A stretch of DNA of 63,352 bases, counting the filler, from Octopus bimaculoides (taxonomy: Eukaryota): NCBI RefSeq assembly GCF_001194135.2. It is 6 parts of 5 records of this genome, joined end to end, with 100 filler letters (N's around TTAATTAATTAA, not from the genome) between each part and the next. Parts side by side here need not be neighbours in the genome. Positions count along the whole stretch, not along the records: positions 48,487 to 58,661 come from NC_069004.1; positions 58,762 to 60,491 come from NW_026327183.1; positions 60,592 to 63,352 come from NC_069008.1; 3 more parts are not named here. The stretch is one strand, 5' to 3'. This document shows, piece by piece, positions 54,181-63,352 of the stretch; the stretch's first letter is position 1, and every line of letters begins with the position of its first letter. The notes under the pieces were generated by a model. That model saw only the letters and a program-made list of their open reading frames with translations, was not told the origin of the DNA and did no database searches. Position numbers and translations under genes: made by a program.

Positions 54181-54336
54181 TATATGTATATATATGTGTT
54201 TATATATATACATGTATATATATTTAAGTATATTTGCAGTATTATGTTTACTGTTATATTTGTACATAAATACACCGCATACATATACATACATACATAT
54301 ATATATAGAGAGAGGAATAGATACATAGATAGATAA

Positions 54337-54367
<31 letters not shown>

Positions 54368-54909
54368 AGTACATCTCCATAAATTCGTGCAAGTTAATAC
54401 ACGCACATACATTTATATATANNNNNNNNNNNNNNNNNNNNNNNNNNNNNNNNNNNNNNNNNNNNNNNNNNNNNNNNNNNNNNNNNNNNNNNNNNNNNNN
54501 NNNNNNNNNNNNNNNNNNNNNNNNNNNNNNNNNNNNNNNNNNNNNNNNNNNNNNNNNNNNNNNNNNNNNNNNNNNNNNNNNNNNNNNNNNNNNNNNNNNN
54601 NNNNNNNNNNNNNNNNNNNNNNNNNNNNNNNNNNNNNNNNNNNNNNNNNNNNNNNNNNNNNNNNNNNNNNNNNNNNNNNNNNNNNNNNNNNNNNNNNNNN
54701 NNNNNNNNNNNNNNNNNNNNNNNNNNNNNNNNNNNNNNNNNNNNNNNNNNNNNNNNNNNNNNNNNNNNNNNNNNNNNNNNNNNNNNNNNNNNNNNNNNNN
54801 NNNNNNNNNNNNNNNNNNNNNNNNNNNNNNNNNNNNNNNNNNNNNNNNNNNNNNNNNNNNNNNNNNNNNNNNNNNNNNNNNNNNNNNNNNNNNNNNNNNN
54901 NNNNNNNNN

Positions 54910-54944
<35 letters not shown>

Positions 54945-55240
54945 ATGTATTTATGTATATATACATATATATATATAAAAGAAGAATAGCAGACTATAGC
55001 ATGTATCACAGTTTTGTACTTGTAGCTTTTACACCGGAGTAATTTTTCCGTGGAATTAGGTTTTCCATAGATGTAGCCGCGATGTCAGTTTTATATATAT
55101 ATTTATATATGTGTGTTTGTGTGTGTGTATGTGTGTGTGGGTGTGTGCGTGCGTGTGTGCGTGTGTGTGTGTGTGTGCGTGTATGTATGGGTGAGTGTGT
55201 ATAAATATACCTGTATATGTATATATATAACTACATTCAC

Positions 55241-55276
<36 letters not shown>

Positions 55277-55425
55277 TCAAACACATATGTATACACGCTC
55301 ACACATATAGATACATACACAAATAGAAATATGTATGAGTGTGTTTGTATGTATACATATATGTGCGTATGTATGTATATTACCATAACTATATATACAT
55401 ATACATACACTTATATACGTGCATA

Positions 55426-55461
<36 letters not shown>

Positions 55462-56117
55462 CTTACATAATGCATATATATATATATATATATATAAATA
55501 TGTATACGTATATTTATACATGTGTGTATGTTTGTGTATGTGTGTGAGTGTTTGTTTATTTGTTTGTATGTATGTATTACGTTTCGCTGAATGATCTCAT
55601 GTTATTTCGATTATTTGTTGTTTTATGATGTCTGTTTTTCCACTATATATCTAAAATTCCTCGGATGATGTGAGTGTGAGACAATATATTATTGTTGAAT
55701 TGTATCAGCGATATTTATACTGCAACGCCAAAATAGTGATGAACGAATTTGTCTAAAATAATGAATTACAAAAAATAGTATTGTCAGAATATAACTTGTA
55801 ATTTACAGGAACAGAATTACCTTCAATATCTTGCCGCCTCTAAGTCCGTTTTAAGCTCAAAATATTTTCCAGTGAAAACATGGCAGGTATTTTTTTTTTA
55901 TTTCTTTATGAGAAAGCTAGACCTCTGGATGTACAAGACAAAACTCTATGGTAACTAAATATCCCTCATTGTTGAAAACATGCAAATGATACCGCCAATT
56001 TTATATCAAAGTCTAGGTTTCACAATCGCCGAGATACTTTCCTGGCGATCTTCTGTTATATATAATATATAGAAATGATTTGAGCACCAATGATTAGAAA
56101 TTCGTTAGGCCTCAAAA

Positions 56118-56520
56118 TACGAGGGCTAATCAAAGAGTATCAGGACTGTTGCTATGGTATCGGAGCTAAAGTACACAGAGTGAAGTCACTTGGCATAGAT
56201 TGACCTTATATTCTATCGTGCATGCACACAAAGTTATAGCATTCTCGCTTACATCCGTTCTTCATAGCAGTGCTTGGAAGTAAAGTGTATAGAGTGTGGT
56301 CGTCTCGAAACGAAAATCGGATTTCTGCTGAGCAGGAACTGGAATGTATCGAGGAAGACCAAGTTTTATTGAAAACTATCAACGTAGGTGTCGCGATTCG
56401 TGGGCCTACAGCTATGACACCGAAACCAAGCTCGAACTCGTCAGTAAACGAGCCAATCAAGAATTCAAAATGTCGAGGAAATCCAAGAGATTGCGACGAG
56501 GCAGCTTCTCGCTATCCCAA
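56118..56520 (+). mobile_element. Internally deleted mariner (DD34D-type) element
   Basis: TA plus TIR-like CGAGGGCTAATCAAAGAGTATCAGGACT; DSWAYSYDTETK (GDExWxYxYDPETK) joined to RIQNVEEIQEIATRQLLAIP (C-terminal region). Confidence 0.75.
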
Positions 56521-56984
56521 CACGCGCGCGCACGCACACACACACACACACACACGCGCACATATATATGTGTGTGTGTGTGAGAGGATAAATGCATATA
56601 TGTACATATTTATCTATCTATATATATATATGTGCGTATGCGTTTGTCTCTCTGTGTGTTTGTGTCTCTGTCGTAAAGAAAGAAAGAAAGAAAGAAAGAA
56701 CAGGTGAGAGAGAGAGAGAAATAGAGAGAAAGAAAGAGCGAGAGAGGAACTATATGGTAAAGAACGTCGGGGTGTCGCCGACATCGTTTCGATTCCAACA
56801 ACATCGCAAATCTTGAAGAAGTAACTTTTAAGTCGAGAAACAATCACAATTTAAGTTCAATCTGAAAAGAATGTCAAAGCTCTATTGAATTTCAAATAAT
56901 CACATTTATATTGATCGATCGATATCCTTCTCCAACAAAGTATAATAGTTTCTATTGTATATTAAGTGTAGTACCGTATGTGGC

Positions 56985-56989
<5 letters not shown>

Positions 56990-57054
<65 letters not shown>

Positions 57055-58140
57055 GTTATTACTATTTCCGCAGTTATAATTTGTTGCTTGATTTCACTCG
57101 ACTGCTTAGTGCAGGCTATGAGTAATGTCAAAAATCTTTCTTTATCTCAGTATCTATGTATTCCTTTTCGGTTTAAGAAAATAGTGGAGAGGCGTGGACA
57201 GTGCTTAGGAGCGTAATTTTCCTGTATGATCTGAATATGCTCCAGTTTCATGGTGGTTATTATTATTATTATTGTTGTTATTATTAAGTCAACGAGCTGG
57301 CAGAATCGCTAACACGCCGGGCAAAATGCTTGGCGGCATTTTATCAGAATATTTTTGTTCTACGTTCGAATTCCGCCAAAGTTGACTTTGTCTTTTCATA
57401 CCTACAAGACCGACAAATCAAGAATCAGTTGAGCACTAGGGGTCGATGTAATCGACTCCCTTCCTCCCCCGAAAATGATAGCCTTTTACTAAAATTTGAG
57501 ACCGTTTTAGTCTTGAGGTTCCACATTTTGCCAATTTCTACTCCAAGATCTTTATACTTGCTCAGTTTTTGGTCGGTCTTGACAGAAACAATTATGTTGA
57601 TTTGGACAGCCATATCAATGAAGTGCATGGTTTTAGTCCGATGTGTTTCAATATAATATCTGGCCTATTCGTATCTCTCTTTCTGTTAGTTTGAATGGTA
57701 AAGTTCCAGACATATGATCAGTTTCAAGCACTAGAGATGGTTTGTGTTCCCACCAGTTTTTATTAAGGGCCAGATCCAGATTTTGCAAATTACTCAGTGA
57801 ATATAATGTGCTACTCTATAATGCCTGCCGAGATACTCTGTAGCCGCAAGAAGACTGCACATGGAGACAACATGATCGTTGGTTTCATTTTGTTGTTTAC
57901 ATACTCGACATGTTGGGCTACTGCCCTTCTTTAATATATTGGCCTGGTAGCTCCTTGTAGGTAGGCATTGATCTTGGGCTGCTATGATAAACCCTTCCGT
58001 CGCTGATTTTAAGCCAGAAGACACTAACAATTGATGGGTAAATGCTTTATCAACATCGGCACTATCAGCTCTCTTTGAGCATTTACCATTGAGAGGTTGT
58101 TCTATTTGGAATTCACCATCTTCTTTCAATTCTGTTTCCA
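56990..58140 (-). mobile_element. R4/Dong-type non-LTR retrotransposon 3' part (CCHC knuckle, restriction-like endonuclease, (TAA)n tail)
   Basis: GLKSATEGFIIAAQDQCLPTRSY...CRVCKQQNETNDHVVSMC...EYLGRH (57794-58156 ORF); NRPDII; FIDMAV...KLSKYKDL (57425-57628 ORF); KITLLSTVH at ~57190-57225; (TAA)n at 56990-57060. Confidence 0.82.
57286..57500 (+). mobile_element. SINE family B inserted into the R4-type element
   Basis: GAGCTGGCAGAATCGCTAACACGCCGGGCAAAATGC...GTTGACTTTGTCTTTTCAT...GGGGTCGATGTAATCGAC; interrupts the R4 C-terminal coding region. Confidence 0.85.
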
Positions 58141-58595
58141 TTTCTTGCCGAGACACATTATTTTCATTGTCATTATCTTCATCATTAATACCACCACCAA
58201 TGTTTTTATTATTGTCGTTTTTGTGGCTTTAGTTATTATTACCGTCACCACTCTATTATTACCGGTACTATTAATATTTTCATCACGATTATCATTACTA
58301 TTACAATAAATTGCTTCTATTAATGTTACTTTGTTGCCGTTACTTTTGCTGTTAGTCCTATTCCGGTGAATGACCTGTCTGTAGAATGGCACAGAAGCAA
58401 AGAATTTAGATTCCTATGAAATAGAGAGGTCTTTTTATACACATTACACGGACGCAGACTTTGCATTCAAATAGACATTATGTTAATATAATGGCGACTT
58501 TGACAAATAGGCGCAAACAAATAGAAAACAAACTCTGTATAAGAAGCACAAGAACACTCGCCAATATATCCCCCTATCAATATGAGAGAATACTC

Positions 58596-58631
<36 letters not shown>

Positions 58632-58661
58632 CCCTCTCTCTCTCTCTCTCTCTCTACATAT

Positions 58662-58761
58662 NNNNNNNNNNNNNNNNNNNNNNNNNNNNNNNNNNNNNNN
58701 NNNNNTTAATTAATTAANNNNNNNNNNNNNNNNNNNNNNNNNNNNNNNNNNNNNNNNNNNN
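58662..58761. other. Artificial scaffold spacer (44 N + TTAATTAATTAA + 44 N)
   Basis: Same layout as 15381-15480. Confidence 0.95.
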
Positions 58762-58798
<37 letters not shown>

Positions 58799-59306
58799 GT
58801 ATATATCTATACATATATATATATATATTTACATATATATATATATATATGTACATATATATTTTGAATTAACGAATCCTGGACTTTACCCCCAACAACT
58901 TAACTATTTGGTTTAATTATTCAGTTTACCTTCACCTAGCTAGATTATGACACCATATAGTACACACATATTTAGTAATCCGAGGTCTCTAATCCCATTT
59001 TTAGAGGGAAAATAACTAAATAATTTAGTCACTGGCTCTAAAAATTCGAATAACACTACAATACACAAAGGTAACATTAAATAACACTCTCTACTTCAAT
59101 GTTTATAACAATATTATACTAGTTTTCATTAGGGGATAGGAACCTATACTCTTTTAACTTCATATAGCAGCACCTAAACGATTAAAATACAAATATAGTA
59201 GAAGTTGCCCAATGATATATAATTTACACAAGTAGATAAACCAGAATTTCCCCAATCACAATATCTTTCCAATCAATGTATTTTTCCAATCACTATATTA
59301 TTAATA

Positions 59307-59337
<31 letters not shown>

Positions 59338-60374
59338 TATATTATATTATTACTATTATAATTGTTCTCCATACTTTTATTTTAATTTTTAACTTCAATC
59401 CTAATTTTCTTTCCATATTTTCTAACTTTTCTTTATATTTTCCAATTTTCTTTTTTACTTTTTACTTTTTACATTTTCGAATTACTCTTTACCCCTTTCA
59501 TCACTATTATTAATTTATTTATTTATCTTCTAAGTAAGTTTATGTACCCATATATAAGTTTATAAAGATAAGTTTATAAAGTTAAGAATCTTTACTGGTG
59601 TGTTTGGGTAAACTGACCACTCATCCCAATGATATCATATTACAACCCTAATCTATATTCCAATGAGTGGTCTAGGGAAGAAATTATTTATGACCACTGC
59701 AATCCTGGCCAAGACAGCATCCTGTTCTCTGCCATATAGTATTTTATCTCTTTATCTCTTTTTCTATTTTATGGGTTTATTCCTAAGTTCACTTTTCGTT
59801 TACTTCTTTTATTTCATTTCTTTTATTTCTTCTGTTACTTTATTCCAATTCTTTTATTTCTTTTGTTACTTTATTCCAATTTTACAAAATCTTATTTATA
59901 TATGTATCTAACTTTATTATCTGTATTTTTACTTATATTACTCTCCATTTGACTTCTACTACTTTTATATTTTATTTCTTATTTTATATTGTTTTATCCT
60001 TTAATTTTTATTTTATTTATTTTTGATCTTCTCTTTCTATCTTATAAACGCTAGTTAAGTCTATTTATCATTCACTCTATGCTGTATTGTGGTACAGTAT
60101 GGACAGATTTCTGAATACCAAAGAACATTTATGCAGATATAACAATTTAAAGGATAAGCCTATTATAATGGATAATACTAAGTGGACTTTTCTGGTTTCT
60201 CTCTCTTTTTCTTTGTGATGTAATCTTGGGACTAAAAATGTTTGCGGTTGAAGATACTTTTAAACCATCCTTTGTATCAACAATATTTTCTGATATAATG
60301 AAAGTTTGTGTATAAAGCTTGAAACACGTGTATCGCAATATCCTTTGTGTTCTGTTTTCAATTTGCATTTAATG

Positions 60375-60409
<35 letters not shown>

Positions 60410-60411
60410 AT

Positions 60412-60491
60412 GTATCACTGGTCCTACTCCCGAACTATACAGTCGGTATATCGACGACTGTATCAGTGCCACCTCACTCTCCCGCGAACAT
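60412..60491 (+). mobile_element. Penelope-like RT fragment
   Basis: GPTPELYSRYIDDCISATSLSREH; RYIDD at 60444-60458 in the context typical of Penelope/Poseidon RT; cut by a gap. Confidence 0.75.
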
Positions 60492-60591
60492 NNNNNNNNN
60501 NNNNNNNNNNNNNNNNNNNNNNNNNNNNNNNNNNNTTAATTAATTAANNNNNNNNNNNNNNNNNNNNNNNNNNNNNNNNNNNNNNNNNNNN
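60492..60591. other. Artificial scaffold spacer (44 N + TTAATTAATTAA + 44 N)
   Basis: Same layout as 15381-15480. Confidence 0.95.
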
Positions 60592-60609
60592 ATATATATA
60601 TATATAACT

Positions 60610-61541
60610 CCATCAGCCACAACTACCATCTCACTTGGTTTGGTAAGTCTTCTCAAGCATGGTATATCACCAAAGGTCTCAATCACTTGTCACTGCTTCC
60701 GTGAGACCCAAAGTTTGAAGGGTGCTTTTTATGTACTGCCAGCATGGGTGCCATGACTATAATTTCACTTGGTTTAACGGATCTTCTCAAGCACAACTTA
60801 TCACCCAATGTTCGAAGGGTGCTTTTTATGTGCAAGTTACATGACACTGGCATTGGCCACAACTGTGATTTCACTTGGCTTGACAGGTTTTCTCAAGCAC
60901 AGCATATGGCTAATGTTTTGGTCACTGTCATTGCCTCCATGAGGCCCAGTATTCAAAGGTCATGCTTCATCACCTTTTCCCATATCTTCCTGGGTTTCGC
61001 TGGCTCCCTCCACAGTTAGAGATCAGCACTTCTTCACACAGCTATCCTTGTCCATACACATTACATGACTATACCAGTACAGTTGTCTCTCTTGCACACC
61101 ACATCTGATGCCTCTTATGCCCAACTTTTCTCTCAAGACATACTCTGTCATACATGCACACTGACATTGCACATCCAGTGAAGCATGCTGGCTTCATTTC
61201 TTTCAAGCCTACGCATGTCCTTGGTGGTCACAGCTCATGTTACACAGCTGTGTAGCATGCTTGTTTCCACACAGGCATCATACAATCTACTTTACACTCT
61301 GAGGGAAATCTATGCTCTTGGAGCATCCACCTCTGCTACTGACTTGATCACCTAGGTAACAAGCTATCAACAACTAGTTTTCCCCCCTGGCATTTGATGG
61401 AGTCTATTTTCTGTACATTTTTAGTGTTAATTGTACCTGTGCAACTTCCACACACAAAAACTATTTTCCTTGTTAACCTTCCTCTGATATTGCTGCACCT
61501 CTTATCTGTCCATAGCTTATACCAAGTACATCTTATGGAGT
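60610..61541 (-). mobile_element. RTE-clade LINE 3' part with tandemly repeated 3' UTR unit
   Basis: 61320-61541 matches 39210-39430 (same family); C-terminal remnants at 61000-61300; TCACTTGG...TTCTCAAGCA occurs three times (~60630, ~60765, ~60870) and GGGTGCTTTTTATGT twice. Confidence 0.82.
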
Positions 61542-63352
61542 GCTAGTTTCGTGTTGTAGATCGACGCCGTTGGCAGCAGCTGCAACAGCAAAAGGTGGCC
61601 GATCAAGGAGTAGTGGAGAGGGGTCGAACAAGGAACGTGTGCGACTGTTCAAAGGACAGTGTTTCCAGTGTCAAGGCCCGCACATGGTGCGAGACTACAA
61701 GTTACCCAAGCCTGAGATCATTTGCTAACGTTGTCGAGAAACGGGACATATAGCCAGTGAATGTCTGCAAGGAAACGGTCTAAGGGAGACTACTGCACCA
61801 GTGGTCATCCCTTTGGACCAATAGAGGCGTGTTTGTTGCTACCCGTTGTCGACATTCTGGTGGAGGGGAAGATGTTGCGAGCCGTCATGGACACGGGAAA
61901 CCGTGTATGGTGACACCGTGCATTGGTGAGAACCGCGAAGAAAACTATGCCGTGCACACCATTGAAGACCAGGATTTTCGTGCTGCCTTCGATGGCCAGA
62001 GGTGGACAGTGGAGTGGCACTGGAGGGGAGAGCCCCCGACGTTGAAAAATAAAGTGGGCTGCTACCAGCATACTTTGAAAGCAGATGCCAGAAGTGAGTT
62101 CGAGGGGGAGGTGGAGCGGTGAATTAAGGAGGGCATATTGATCCCTTGGGAAGAAGTAGAGAGCGGAGTCCTGCCGCTGATGGCGGTGGTACGGCCCACA
62201 AAGCATAAGGTCAGATCAGTGCTTGACTTCTGAGAGCTGAATGACCACATCTCATGTCATACGGGCGGCGAGGCCACAGATATCTGCGGGGACACCTTGC
62301 GAGAATGGAGGCAGATGACAGGGGCCTCCACGATCGTCGATTTGAAGTCAGAATACCTGCAGGTGCATGTGGCTGAGAGACTGTGGAAGCATCAGCTTGT
62401 CAGGTATAAGGGCCAGACATACTGTCTAACCAGGCTGGGGTTTGGGCTAAATTCGGTGCCAAAAATTATGGCAACAATTCGTACATCGATGACATCCTTG
62501 TGGATGAAACCATAATGCCAGCAACGGAGGTCATAGGCCACCTGAAGAATTTCGGACTGGNNNNNNNNNNNNNNNNNNNNNNNNNNNNNNNNNNNNNNNN
62601 NNNNNNNNNNNNNNNNNNNNNNNNNNNNNNNNNNNNNNNNNNNNNNNNNNNNNNNNNNNNNNNNNNNNNNNNNNNNNNNNNNNNNNNNNNNNNNNNNNNN
62701 NNNNNNNNNNNNNNNNNNNNNNNNNNNNNNNNNNNNNNNNNNNNNNNNNNNNNNNNNNNNNNNNNNNNNNNNNNNNNNNNNNNNNNNNNNNNNNNNNNNN
62801 NNNNNNNNNNNNNNNNNNNNNNNNNNNNNNNNNNNNNNNNNNNNNNNNNNNNNNNNNNNNNNNNNNNNNNNNNNNNNATAGGGATTGTCTTAGAAATGGG
62901 AGGCACCGTGGTGGAAGATGCAGCCTGGCTCAGGAAGATGGATGACTGCAACCATATCAATGTGGCGGAGTTGAATGCCGTGCAGAAGGGGGTGAACCTG
63001 GCCTTGAAGTGGGGGCTGCGCATTATCGAAATTAGGACCGATTCGGCTACTGTGCTTGGTTGGGTGACGGCAGTCATCACCAATGAGCGGAGGGTGCGAA
63101 CCAAAGGGGCCATGGAGATGTTGGTAAAGCGTCGACTGGGAATATTGCGTGAGCTAACTGCTGAGTTCGATCTGAAGCTGAGCGTTATTTTTGTGCCTTC
63201 TGAAAAGAACAGGGCAGACGTCCTAACCAGGGTAAAGCGAGCCTGGTTGCAGGTGCCAAAGGATGCGGAGCAGGCTGTGGCTGCAGTATGCTGTCTGAGT
63301 GACTCGGAGTTGAGGAGACTGCATACCATGCATCACATGGGAGTGAACAGGA
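61542..63352 (+). mobile_element. LTR-type retrotransposon internal region (gag-PR-RT-RH-IN order), defective, truncated by window end
   Basis: Two CCHC knuckles (CFQCQGPHMVRDY at 61660; C*RCRETGHIASEC at 61723); protease AVMDTG (DTG at 61890-98); RT VLDF...VDLKSEYLQ...LGFGLNSVP...YIDD (62482-93); RNase H HINVAEL...TDS...NRAD (62878-63235); integrase start LHTMHHMGVNR. Internal stops and deletions; no LTR visible. Confidence 0.9.

Noticed and set aside
56765-56820. GAAACGATGTC hammerhead 3' half on the minus strand
   Set aside because: The CUGANGA box is missing (CTTCAAGA) and stem I is unsupported.

Overview
AT-rich eukaryotic DNA dominated by microsatellites and decayed transposable elements, with many assembly gaps. 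The mix of SINE, RTE and CR1 repeats and the (TA)n/(CA)n load suggest an octopus (coleoid cephalopod) genome; this is inference, with no database search run. No host protein-coding gene could be identified: nearly all ORF-track entries are microsatellite, N-gap or antisense read-throughs. Supported content: LINE remnants (CR1, Zenon-like CR1, RTE, RTE-BovB, and an R4/Dong-type element with a restriction-like endonuclease), Penelope-like pieces, five SINE-like families (three copies with exact TSDs), DNA transposon relics (maT/Tc1-mariner, mariner, and a hAT with an exact 8-bp TSD), and a truncated LTR-type retrotransposon at the right end. The best observations are a nearly canonical type I hammerhead ribozyme fold (48558-48643); an LTR-type element whose RT/RNase H look DIRS-like but which carries a protease and the start of a DDE integrase, plus a candidate -1 gag-pol frameshift signal; a 133-bp-arm inverted repeat (18552-18833); and a CpG-depleted block (~34-41 kb) ending near a promoter-like CpG-rich patch (~43.2 kb). 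Five 100-nt gaps contain an artificial TTAATTAATTAA linker, so adjacency across them is not biological evidence. TE boundaries without a TSD are approximate.
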